Origin: an uncultured Mycoplasmatota bacterium
GTDB taxonomy: Bacteria; Bacillota_I; Bacilli_A; RF39; UBA660
Length of the DNA: 64,000 bases
Direction: 5' to 3'
NCBI GenBank assembly: GCA_946497955.1
Contig: CAMMMH010000005.1
Span: forward strand, 7,789 to 71,788
Part shown: in pieces, positions 9,772 through 17,775 of the stretch
Position numbering within the stretch: position 1 is the first letter of the stretch
Layout: every line of letters begins with the position of its first letter
Notes under the pieces: generated by a model
What the model saw: the letters and a program-made list of their open reading frames with translations, nothing else
Told to the model about the DNA's origin: nothing
Database searches by the model: none
Position numbers and translations under genes: made by a program

Positions 9772-10494
9772 TTAGTCCTCCTTCATATTATGATGAACAT
9801 CTTGCACATCATCTATATCTTCTAAAGCCTCTATTAGATTATATACTTTTTCTTTAGTTTCATCATCAAGTTCTACTTCATTGTTGGCAACATTTGTAAC
9901 TTCACTAGTAAGGAATTCGGCAACACCGATGTTAGCAAGGGCATCTTTTACAGCGATAAACTTATCACTAGGTGTTGTGATTAAGTATGTATCACCATTA
10001 TTTTCCATATCTAAAGCTCCTGCATCTAAAGCTGTTAACATTACTTCATCTTCATCATAATCACTTGGAATTACAATAATACCCTTACGTTCAAAAATAT
10101 AACTAACAGAACCATCAGTACCTAAATTACCACCACGTTTAGAAAAAGTACTACGTACAGCTGAAGCTGTTCTATTACGATTATCAGTAAGGCAATCTAC
10201 CATGATAGCAACGCCACCTGGTCCATATCCTTCATATCTTATACTCTCATAATTTTCTCCATTACCTGCTCCTTTAGCTTTATCAATAGCTTTTTGGATA
10301 TTATCTTTAGGCATATTAGCAGCTTTAGCTTTCTCAACAACTAATCTTAAAGATGCATTACTATCAGGGTCTGGTGTACCTGACTTAGCAGCAACATATA
10401 ATTCTTTAGCAAGTTTTTGAAAGACTTTACCTCGTGCTGCATCTATTAATCCTTTCTTTCTATGAATAGTAGCCCATTTTGAATGTCCACTCAT
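9772..10494 (-). CDS. YebC/PmpR family DNA-binding transcriptional regulator
   Basis: MSGHSKWATIHRKKG start motif. I place the start at ATG 10494 (AGGGAGG upstream) rather than the track start 10521. Confidence 0.9.
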   Translation of the reverse strand: MSGHSKWATIHRKKGLIDAARGKVFQKLAKELYVAAKSGTPDPDSNASLRLVVEKAKAANMPKDNIQKAIDKAKGAGNGENYESIRYEGYGPGGVAIMVDCLTDNRNRTASAVRSTFSKRGGNLGTDGSVSYIFERKGIIVIPSDYDEDEVMLTALDAGALDMENNGDTYLITTPSDKFIAVKDALANIGVAEFLTSEVTNVANNEVELDDETKEKVYNLIEALEDIDDVQDVHHNMKED

Positions 10495-10586
10495 TTTTAT
10501 TACCTCCCTTTCTTTCTTCACTATAATAACACAAATATATCATTTATTCTAGCTTTAACTTAAAATTAATGTTATTATACATCTAG

Positions 10587-10928
10587 GTGAATTACATGGA
10601 AAAATATATAAAGAATGGTAATAAGAAAATTAAGTTTAAGACAGTTACAAAATTTACAGATAGATTAAAAGGCTTTAGATTTTATCTTTATCCTATTAAA
10701 GAAGGATTATGTTATCCTAAAAAGAAAATGATTAATACTTATTTTGTCTGTCAAAAGTTAGATATTGTTGTTACTGATAAAGAGAATAATATACTAGCAA
10801 TATATCCAAGTATTAGAACGGAAAAAGTTATAAGACCAAGATTAAAAGCTTATTATATATATCTATTACCAGAAGGAAGTTCTAAAGGCTTAGAAAATTA
10901 TGATAAGTTAAGGATAATGACTAAATAG
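10587..10928 (+). CDS. DUF192-like small protein (tentative)
   Basis: 113 aa. TDRLKGFRF...EGLCYP...VCQKLDIVVTDKENNILAI loosely follows the DUF192 pattern. One of the few plus-strand genes. Confidence 0.4.
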   Translation: MNYMEKYIKNGNKKIKFKTVTKFTDRLKGFRFYLYPIKEGLCYPKKKMINTYFVCQKLDIVVTDKENNILAIYPSIRTEKVIRPRLKAYYIYLLPEGSSKGLENYDKLRIMTK

Positions 10929-10929
10929 T

Positions 10930-10950
10930 CCCCATAGTTTTACTATGGGG
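10930..10950 (+). terminator. intrinsic terminator of the DUF192-like gene
   Basis: Perfect 9-bp stem CCCCATAGT / ACTATGGGG with a TTT loop, followed by ATTT. Confidence 0.6.
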
Positions 10951-11006
10951 ATTTAAAAACAATATTAATGATGTACTAAGTTTTCTTTTAGTATTTAAAT
11001 GTTTCT

Positions 11007-11927
11007 CTACATAAGCCTTGCTATTTGACTTTTAGATAGTCCTGTATACTCACATACTTTAGGAATAGGTAATCCATCTTTAAGAAGATTCTTTGCAATA
11101 GATTTTTTTTCATTACTAGCACCTTGCTTAATGCCTTGTTTAACTCCTTGTTTAAGTCCTTGTTTAAGTCCTTGTTTTTTAGCAGTAATTTTTATACTGT
11201 TTTCTATTCTTCTTCTTTCCTCTTCTTCATCATAAAGTCCAATAGTATATGCATCATTAGTTAATCTTTTTAATTCATTAGCAACTTCCATCAACTCAAC
11301 ATCTCCTTCCGCTATCTTTTCAATCTCATCAACTTTTGTTAAAGTTAATATTACTAGTTCTTTTTCTAATTTAGTTAACTCTAATCCTCTATCATACTTT
11401 TCTCTTATTAATTTTAAATTAACATATATTTTACCCCATTTATCACTTTCTATTATTCCATATTTATCTCTTGATTTAAATTCTAATAGATTCTCCTTAT
11501 TTAAGAAACAATAAAAGTTATTAATATTTATCTGTATTACTTTAGGCATACTAGCATAACTTTTCGCTTTTCTTATTAAATCATTTTTTATTTTACCTAA
11601 ATAAGCATCATTTCTCTCAATTAAGCCATTCCATTTTCTATTATTAAACTCAAAGTTAAAAACATAGCCTTTTACTTTAAATAAAACATCTGATACTTTA
11701 CCCTTTTCTAAAACATTATCTATTACATACTCAGTATTCATTTCTTTATAAGTATTTAATATTATTTTTTTAGATACACTTGTTAAGTTAGATGTAGTAT
11801 CTGCCCTATACTTAGGACAGTTTCTCATAATTGCTTTATATATACAGTCATAAGTAGCAGGAACAATCTCACCTTTTCTTCTTAAGTCTTTAACTATTTC
11901 TTCAAATCTTTTCTTAGTAATAGCCAA
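11007..11927 (-). CDS. Rpn-family recombination-promoting nuclease / PD-(D/E)XK transposase-like protein
   Basis: Core VFNFEFNNRKW...RNDAYLGKI...PKVIQININNF resembles the PD-(D/E)XK core of YhgA/Rpn-like proteins. C-terminal HTH-like tail AKNLLKDGLPIPKVCEYTGLSKSQIARL is typical. Likely start is TTG 11927 (AGGAGG 7 nt upstream) rather than ATG 11966. Confidence 0.6.
   Translation of the reverse strand: MAITKKRFEEIVKDLRRKGEIVPATYDCIYKAIMRNCPKYRADTTSNLTSVSKKIILNTYKEMNTEYVIDNVLEKGKVSDVLFKVKGYVFNFEFNNRKWNGLIERNDAYLGKIKNDLIRKAKSYASMPKVIQININNFYCFLNKENLLEFKSRDKYGIIESDKWGKIYVNLKLIREKYDRGLELTKLEKELVILTLTKVDEIEKIAEGDVELMEVANELKRLTNDAYTIGLYDEEEERRRIENSIKITAKKQGLKQGLKQGVKQGIKQGASNEKKSIAKNLLKDGLPIPKVCEYTGLSKSQIARLM
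11122..11177. repeat. 12-bp tandem repeat, about 4.7 copies, inside the Rpn-like gene
   Basis: CCTTGCTTAATG CCTTGTTTAACT CCTTGTTTAAGT CCTTGTTTAAGT CCTTGTTT, encoding KQGLKQGLKQGVKQGIKQG. Confidence 0.9.
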
Positions 11928-12292
11928 GGAAATTCCTCCTTTCTGCAATACATATAACATAGTCAATAAATGATTGCAAAAAGGTAAAATTTAAAATTCA
12001 GGAAAAATACCTCTTCAATTTAATGTTTTCTCTAGACGAATTTTAAATATTCATATCAAAAATCACTTCAATTTATAAAATTCATACTTTTTTAAAATTT
12101 TTCATAACCTCCTTTTCCCCATCTTTTTTATACATCGCCTCTTCTACTTATAAAGTATCATAATAGATAGATTGTGTCAACAGAAAAAGTAACAAAATAG
12201 CTATTAATTTATCAAAAGTTATTAACATTACTAACGTCAGAGATACTATCAGTAATTCTTATTCAAACTTGTTTCTAACAATATCTTTTTTT

Positions 12293-12329
12293 GATTTTCT
12301 TACTCCTCCCATTATTACACTCAAAAAAG
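12293..12329 (-). repeat. duplicate of the leader/Shine-Dalgarno/start region of the 616-aa gene, with ATG changed to ATC
   Basis: 12295..12329 matches 14231..14265 at 34 of 35 positions (minus strand TTTTTTGAGTGTAATAATGGRAGGAGTAAGAAAAT). The start-codon position reads ATC instead of ATG, and the frame stops after a few codons. Confidence 0.7.
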
Positions 12330-12334
12330 GAAAA

Positions 12335-12359
12335 GAAAAAAGCCGAATAAAAATTATTC
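12335..12359 (-). terminator. weak intrinsic terminator after the 616-aa gene
   Basis: Minus strand: GAATAA-TTT-TTATTC stem-loop, then GGCTTTTTT. Confidence 0.35.
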
Positions 12360-12380
12360 ATTTCTACTCAGCCCCTTTTA

Positions 12381-14231
12381 TTATAAACTAGGACTCATCA
12401 CGAGGCGAAACGAGCCACCAATAGCTACCTCCCCATTGATACTACCATGACTAAATGCAAAAATACCAGAAATTAATGTATTATGGCTGTGCATACCTCC
12501 ACGCATCATCCAAGGATACGTTTCTGTAATCATAGTCTGATAATCACCATACCAACCAGCAGTTTCTGATAAACCGTGGGATAAACAAACACTTCCATTA
12601 CATGCTTCATCTAAAGTACTACTTGTATATTTATTATAATATTTTGAGTCTAATGTTAATGGATTACTAAATCCACTGCCACCTATAGTATCATTATAAT
12701 TACCCATTACATATTCCCAAGCACCACCAGACATATCATAAACTCCGTATATTGTCCCAGTCGTAGAGGCTCCTACTCCTTTTCCTGATGCTCCTGACTC
12801 ATCTCTTATATTATTATCATATGTATATGGACATCCATAACTTCCACTAGAACTTGGTGCCCCACTACTACATCCTGTTATAAAACTATTTGATTTATTT
12901 TGATATATTTCTTTATCAGCACCTATAAAATTAACATTACCAAGCTTTCCATAAGCACTTTGTGAAAGATATGCAACTGCAGCCCACTCATCATTTCTCA
13001 TTGCATGTGAATTCATAACTGTACTAAATCCATACATATTTCCTTCTGCACTTACTTTAAGTCCCACATTATAAATATTACTTACATTTATATTTGCCCA
13101 ACTACTTACATTTGGCTTAATTATTGGATCTGGTGTCGTTGAATTTGAATTACTTTGTGTTGTATTACTTGTCTCAAACTTCCCTACCCAAATACCACTT
13201 AACTCCTCACTACCAAAAGTAAAAGCATCTGGTGTATACCAATTCTTTGGCTCTTCTGTATTATTATATCTTGCAGTACCTTTTTCCTTTACATCTGTTC
13301 CAACAAACTTAATATCTATCTCCCCAGGAAGTGCTTGTGTTGGTGTACTACTCAAATACACTCCTTTTTTCCCATAATAGTTAGCACCTCCATCACTACT
13401 TGCAATCGTATAACTATATCTTGGTATCCATACCCACATAGTTTCTATATCATCCATCGGAATTACTGTACCTACTCCTGCACTTTGATATTCTGAAAGC
13501 CTTTCACTTTTTACAGTAACTGCATTGGCCCATATACCTCTTCCATAGTTATACCAACCGTTTTCTTCATCTGTCTTTACCCAGTTATATCCATCATGAC
13601 GTACTGCAATCATATTACTATCCATCTCTGGAGCATTTACTTCTTCATTATCTTGTATAAACTTATCTTCTGCTACTTGTTGTGTTGCAAATACTTGTAA
13701 CTTTCCTAAAAATGCTTTACCCATTACATCGTTTCCAGCATTTATATTAAGCCAAACTCTTAATTCACAATCTAACGTCTCGCTAGCATCTATCACTCCA
13801 TGATATATCACTGGAGAATCTGATAGAGTACCTGTATATGAACTATCTCCTACTTTTACCTCATATCTTATATCTTTAGTATCTAAAAGTTCACAAGCAC
13901 TACCATCAGTAGTTTGACAACTATTTATTAACTCTTCATCATCTATAAGTGATAATGAAAAATATAAGTCTATTCTACTTTTATTAGTAAGTGAAAATTT
14001 ATAAGGACTAAATTCTTTTCCATCATCATCATAAGTAGGTATAGCATTTACTAACTGTATTCCTTCTGAAGCACTTTCATCTAATTCTAAATCAATAGTA
14101 TCCACTAAAATACTTACATCTTTTTCACCTTGTAATGTTGTCATTAACCAGGCATATGATAAACCTATTATCAAAACAATTAATAAAACTAATACTAATA
14201 TAACTATGTATTTCTTTTTCTTATTTTTCAT
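12381..14231 (-). CDS. secreted or anchored protein: TasA/camelysin-like N-terminal region fused to an FGE-sulfatase (SUMF1/C-type-lectin-fold)-like C-terminal domain
   Basis: 616 aa. N-terminus MKNKKKKYIVILVLVLLIVLIIGLSYAWLMTT...DTIDLEL resembles SipW-type signal plus TasA-family start. C-terminus carries AMRNDEWAAVAYL, IYGVYDMSGGAWEYVMGN, MRGG and IGGSFRLVMSP, matching the FGE-sulfatase motif series (LPTEAEWEYAAR / GLYDMSGNVWEW / RGGS / GFR). Confidence 0.6.
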   Translation of the reverse strand: MKNKKKKYIVILVLVLLIVLIIGLSYAWLMTTLQGEKDVSILVDTIDLELDESASEGIQLVNAIPTYDDDGKEFSPYKFSLTNKSRIDLYFSLSLIDDEELINSCQTTDGSACELLDTKDIRYEVKVGDSSYTGTLSDSPVIYHGVIDASETLDCELRVWLNINAGNDVMGKAFLGKLQVFATQQVAEDKFIQDNEEVNAPEMDSNMIAVRHDGYNWVKTDEENGWYNYGRGIWANAVTVKSERLSEYQSAGVGTVIPMDDIETMWVWIPRYSYTIASSDGGANYYGKKGVYLSSTPTQALPGEIDIKFVGTDVKEKGTARYNNTEEPKNWYTPDAFTFGSEELSGIWVGKFETSNTTQSNSNSTTPDPIIKPNVSSWANINVSNIYNVGLKVSAEGNMYGFSTVMNSHAMRNDEWAAVAYLSQSAYGKLGNVNFIGADKEIYQNKSNSFITGCSSGAPSSSGSYGCPYTYDNNIRDESGASGKGVGASTTGTIYGVYDMSGGAWEYVMGNYNDTIGGSGFSNPLTLDSKYYNKYTSSTLDEACNGSVCLSHGLSETAGWYGDYQTMITETYPWMMRGGMHSHNTLISGIFAFSHGSINGEVAIGGSFRLVMSPSL

Positions 14232-14260
14232 TTTCTTACTCCTTCCATTATTACACTCAA

Positions 14261-14289
14261 AAAAGAATAGAATTATCCTCTATTCTTTT
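14261..14289 (-). terminator. hairpin plus U-run between dnaI and the 616-aa gene (terminator or leader attenuator)
   Basis: 10-bp arms AAAAGAATAG / CTATTCTTTT with a 9-nt loop. On the minus strand it is followed by TT, then the GGAAGGAG Shine-Dalgarno and ATG 14231. Confidence 0.45.
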
Positions 14290-14330
14290 AAGTCATAATG
14301 AAAGAAAGTAACTAGATTACTACTAAACTG

Positions 14331-14339
14331 CCCCCCCCC
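14331..14339. repeat. C9 (G9 on the coding strand) homopolymer tract
   Basis: Nine consecutive C, read directly at 14331..14339. It is the only long G/C homopolymer I noticed in this AT-rich window. It lies about 100 nt upstream of the 616-aa gene start. Confidence 0.95.
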
Positions 14340-14436
14340 AAGTAACATATTGTAAACATATTTTTCTCATATTTTTACCTTCTTTCTCTATCTTGTTAAC
14401 TTAATATTACCACATAGTAAAGATATAAGTAAAGCA

Positions 14437-15342
14437 TTAATTTCTTCTATTTTTACTAATTAACTCTAAGGAAACTGTCAATTGTTTAATTCTTTCTATT
14501 ATTCTTTTTGCCTTTATCTTTTCAATACCATTATTAGTATTACTTAAAGTACTCTCTAATTCATCTAAAGTTAGGTTAGATGTAAAGAACGTAGGCAATT
14601 CTTCTTCCATACGATACTGTAGTATTGGTCCTAACACTTCATCTCTACTCCAAGATGTTGTATTCTCTGCTCCTATATCATCTAAGAGTAAAAGAGGTAC
14701 TGTCTTAATAAAATCAAATTTCTCTTCATAATCACTTCCAAAAGATGATTTTAGACTTCTTAAAAGTTCAGGATAATACACTAAGGCAGAAGATATATTT
14801 TTCTTAGCAAGTTCATTAAATAATGCTGCTATTAAATAGGTTTTACCACTTCCAAAAGAACCACTTAAGTATAGGCCTTTACCTTTCTTATCTTTTATAT
14901 AACTATCCATAAACTCTTTAAAATATTTAAAGATGGGAAGACGTTTTTTATCATCTCGATAAGCTTTAGAAAAGGATGCTTCACTTATCTCTTTAGGTAA
15001 ATCAAAACAAGTAATATTTTTCTTATAGGCATAAGTATTCTCTTCTTTAATTAATTTATCACAAGGTATATAACTAAAGTTTAAATTATTTCCATCTTTA
15101 ATAGCAGTATAAACATGTCCTTTTAAAGTATTAGGGCAATTCTTAAGTCCAGGACAAGCTTTACAATTATTTTTTTCTTTAACAGTATCTTCGATACTAG
15201 TAGTATATTTAATTAAAACAGCACTACTTACATCAAGATTATCTACATAATCTTTAAAATCTTTATTACCTAAAGCTTCCCCATAATAACTCTTTAACTT
15301 AGTAACATCGATTTTTTTAACTAATGTATTTACCTTTCTCAT
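14437..15342 (-). CDS. dnaI: primosomal helicase loader DnaI
   Basis: 301 aa. N-terminal Cys cluster CKACPGLKNCPN, Walker A GSFGSGKTYLIAAL, Walker B LLLDDIGAE. Confidence 0.85.
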   Translation of the reverse strand: MRKVNTLVKKIDVTKLKSYYGEALGNKDFKDYVDNLDVSSAVLIKYTTSIEDTVKEKNNCKACPGLKNCPNTLKGHVYTAIKDGNNLNFSYIPCDKLIKEENTYAYKKNITCFDLPKEISEASFSKAYRDDKKRLPIFKYFKEFMDSYIKDKKGKGLYLSGSFGSGKTYLIAALFNELAKKNISSALVYYPELLRSLKSSFGSDYEEKFDFIKTVPLLLLDDIGAENTTSWSRDEVLGPILQYRMEEELPTFFTSNLTLDELESTLSNTNNGIEKIKAKRIIERIKQLTVSLELISKNRRN

Positions 15343-15353
15343 AATTTCACTTC

Positions 15354-15797
15354 CTAACTAAGTATTTTAATATTATCATTTTCTAAAGACTTTTCATAAT
15401 CATTTATAGCATTACCAATAATAACAAAATCCATTGCCATATTACTACCTATTTCTTCTAAACCATAAAGATTAAAGCGTTCTACGACCTTCTTACCAGC
15501 ATTTAAGACAGCATTAGAACGAGGATTATTTTTTGTTCCTTCCTTAATATAAATTTCATTTGTATCGATATAATCTTCTAAAACAAACCCTGTACAATGA
15601 TTAAAGCTATAATTTAAAGTTTCAAAATAATCTAAATTTAAAAATTCATTAACAGGCAAATTAGTAGCATACATAGACAGTAATGAAGCATACTTTAAAA
15701 CAACTTCATTATAATCAAGAACATCATCTCTACTAAACCCCATAACTTTTCTTGATATTTTATCAATCTCATCTATATCGTATATCATTACTACCAC
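15354..15797 (-). CDS. hypothetical protein immediately upstream of dnaI
   Basis: 147-aa ORF ending 11 nt before dnaI. I see no DnaB/DnaD-type motifs. Confidence 0.5.
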   Translation of the reverse strand: MVVMIYDIDEIDKISRKVMGFSRDDVLDYNEVVLKYASLLSMYATNLPVNEFLNLDYFETLNYSFNHCTGFVLEDYIDTNEIYIKEGTKNNPRSNAVLNAGKKVVERFNLYGLEEIGSNMAMDFVIIGNAINDYEKSLENDNIKILS

Positions 15798-15877
15798 TTC
15801 CCTATTTCCATTCTATCATTATTTTTAGATTTTTAACATCTTTTTTACTATTTCATAAACTATTACAGGTGATGTTT

Positions 15878-16099
15878 ATGCGTTTTAAAGGAAATAAACA
15901 TAGTCCATTCTGTAGATGTAATTTTTGTAAACAAAAAAGAAGAAGTAGTATCTTCTATTTAGGTTCTTTACTTGCCCTTGCAGTTATCATATGTTACCAG
16001 GCCGTACTTTTATTATTTCTAGTAACCAGAATACATGCTCTATTATTATTAATAGAATTAGTGCTTTTCATAGTGCTTCTTGTCTTTCTCATTTTTTAA
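15878..16099 (+). CDS. candidate small membrane protein with a Cys-rich N-terminus
   Basis: AGGTG Shine-Dalgarno at 15867..15871, 6 nt before ATG 15878. MRFKGNKHSPFCRCNFCKQKRR followed by two hydrophobic helices. The 3' end overlaps the convergent ysxE-like gene by 42 nt. The track's longer N-terminus (from 15752) is probably spurious. Confidence 0.35.
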   Translation: MRFKGNKHSPFCRCNFCKQKRRSSIFYLGSLLALAVIICYQAVLLLFLVTRIHALLLLIELVLFIVLLVFLIF

Positions 16100-16924
16100 A
16101 ATGAACTCACTAGTTACTTTTAATCTATCAAAAAACTTATTTAATTCTATACATTTACTTAAACTAGATGGATATATATCTATTTTATCTGGTATTGTTA
16201 TATTTATAAGTAAATAAAGATATTCTTCTTCTTTATAATGATATCTATGTTGATAAAGCCTAAAATTACTTAACATATCAGTATCATCATAGTTCTTCTT
16301 AAAGAAGCAAATAAAATCATAGGGAGGTCTTTCTAAATGAGCTTTCTCTAAGCTTATAAAATAATCATTATCTGAAGTTATAAAATGACTTAACTCACAT
16401 TTACCATGAGCATAAACATATCTTTCACGATTTTTTTCTTTCATTATTTTATACCAGGACTCTACTAAATGTTTAGAGTAGTTTAAGGCACTATAGATAA
16501 TTGATACATTTCTAATAAATAGATATTCAGATGGTGACATATATACTTTATTTTCAATTATATCTTGCATAGTAAAGTAATACTCTTCTAAGTAGTTTAT
16601 TTTATTATTAAAGGTATCATACTCTTCTTTTAATTTATCTTTATCTATCTCTTTATATATAGTAGTTTTATTCTGTAAATCTGCTAAAGCATAAACTAAG
16701 TGTTTAGCAACTTCATCATTATCTAAGTCTTTTTTATCTAAGTAATTAAAATATAAGTCTTTATCAGTTATTTTAAAGGGCCTTAAATAGTTATTAATAT
16801 TATGATCATCTAAGTATTTATATATTTTATCTATATCATACTTTTTCTTTTTTTTAATTAAGACTCTCATCTTATCATAATCTATTACTTTAATATCTTT
16901 TAAGTAAGTATATTTATTAATCAT
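16058..16924 (-). CDS. CotS/YsxE-like spore coat protein (kinase-fold, degenerate motifs)
   Basis: 288 aa directly downstream of, and overlapping, spoVID, as in the Bacillus spoVID-ysxE pair. YAHGKCELSHFI resembles the HGDxxxxN kinase loop of CotS-family proteins but is degenerate. Confidence 0.45.
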   Translation of the reverse strand: MINKYTYLKDIKVIDYDKMRVLIKKKKKYDIDKIYKYLDDHNINNYLRPFKITDKDLYFNYLDKKDLDNDEVAKHLVYALADLQNKTTIYKEIDKDKLKEEYDTFNNKINYLEEYYFTMQDIIENKVYMSPSEYLFIRNVSIIYSALNYSKHLVESWYKIMKEKNRERYVYAHGKCELSHFITSDNDYFISLEKAHLERPPYDFICFFKKNYDDTDMLSNFRLYQHRYHYKEEEYLYLLINITIPDKIDIYPSSLSKCIELNKFFDRLKVTSEFILKNEKDKKHYEKH

Positions 16925-17723
16925 TAGAATCTACTGAGGTAGGAATAATAAGTTTAGATCCTACTTTTAAGTTATCTAAATCATTATATTCCGAAAGTAC
17001 TTCTCTATTAGTATTATATTTAGCGATTACTTCTTCTAAGTTATCATCTTCTCTTAATATATAAACTGAATATGTAGAATAAGTCTCTTCTGTATTAGCG
17101 AAGCTCTCAAAGATAGAGTCCATTACTTGTTTATTACCATTATCTTCTTTCATAGTAGGTTCTGTAACTTTTTCTTCTTCATCCATAACAGGTACTTCTT
17201 CTAAGCTAGGTAATTTTTCTTCCAAACCTACAGGTTCGTCTTTCTCTTCATCAGTAGTTAATACTTCTATTTCTTCTTTAGTATTATCTTCTACATTCTC
17301 ACTTTCTCTTATATTTTCATCTTTTACCTCTCTTACATCGGCACTCACTTCTTCTTTAGGTTCTATAACTTCTTCTACTTCTTCCTCTTCTACTTCTATT
17401 TTCTCTAAACCTTCTATTAAAAGTTCTACTATAATACTTAAAGCTTCTTCATTAACAATCGCATAAGTAAAGTTATTAATATCTACTTTTCTTGTCTCTT
17501 CTTCTAAAGCTGTAGTAAGCATAATTTCTACAGGAACTTTATAACTAAATTCTTCTTCTATTGTACTGGCTTCAGTCATTTTATAAGTACCACTAATTAT
17601 TAAGTTACCTTCAATTTCACTATCGTTAATGAAAGCAAGATCAGGTTCTAATGAGATACTACTAATTTCTCCCACCATCGTTTTAAAAGCTATCTCTTTT
17701 TCTAAAGTTACAATTTGTTTCAT
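16917..17723 (-). CDS. spoVID: stage VI sporulation protein D (SpoVID-like)
   Basis: N-terminal region VGEISSISLEPDLAFINDSEIEGNLIISGTY matches the SpoVID N-domain pattern. Highly acidic Glu-rich middle. C-terminal LysM-like YILREDDNLEEVIAKYNTNREVLSEYNDLDNLKVGSKLIIP. Confidence 0.7.
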   Translation of the reverse strand: MKQIVTLEKEIAFKTMVGEISSISLEPDLAFINDSEIEGNLIISGTYKMTEASTIEEEFSYKVPVEIMLTTALEEETRKVDINNFTYAIVNEEALSIIVELLIEGLEKIEVEEEEVEEVIEPKEEVSADVREVKDENIRESENVEDNTKEEIEVLTTDEEKDEPVGLEEKLPSLEEVPVMDEEEKVTEPTMKEDNGNKQVMDSIFESFANTEETYSTYSVYILREDDNLEEVIAKYNTNREVLSEYNDLDNLKVGSKLIIPTSVDSND

Positions 17724-17775
17724 ACATTATCTCCTTTCCTTAGTTAAAATATATGACAAGAAAAAAAGATTATTA

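Noticed and set aside
11122-11177. Short tandem repeats checked as a possible CRISPR array. I also looked for CRISPR-like repeat-spacer periodicity elsewhere.
   Set aside because: The units are 12 bp, contiguous with no spacers, and in frame within a CDS. I found no repeat-spacer array, tRNA or rRNA anywhere in the window.
12098-12121. Very strong Shine-Dalgarno (AAAGGAGG) followed by a 7-codon ORF (MKNFKKV) on the minus strand, upstream of the Rpn-like gene.
   Set aside because: It is too short to evaluate. It may be a leader peptide or the residue of a decayed gene end. It is mentioned only as context for the shared upstream module.
15752-15877. N-terminal 42 codons of the 115-aa plus-strand ORF in the track.
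   Set aside because: This part is antisense to the 147-aa gene start region and has no Shine-Dalgarno. Only the distal part, from ATG 15878 with AGGTG upstream, is plausible.
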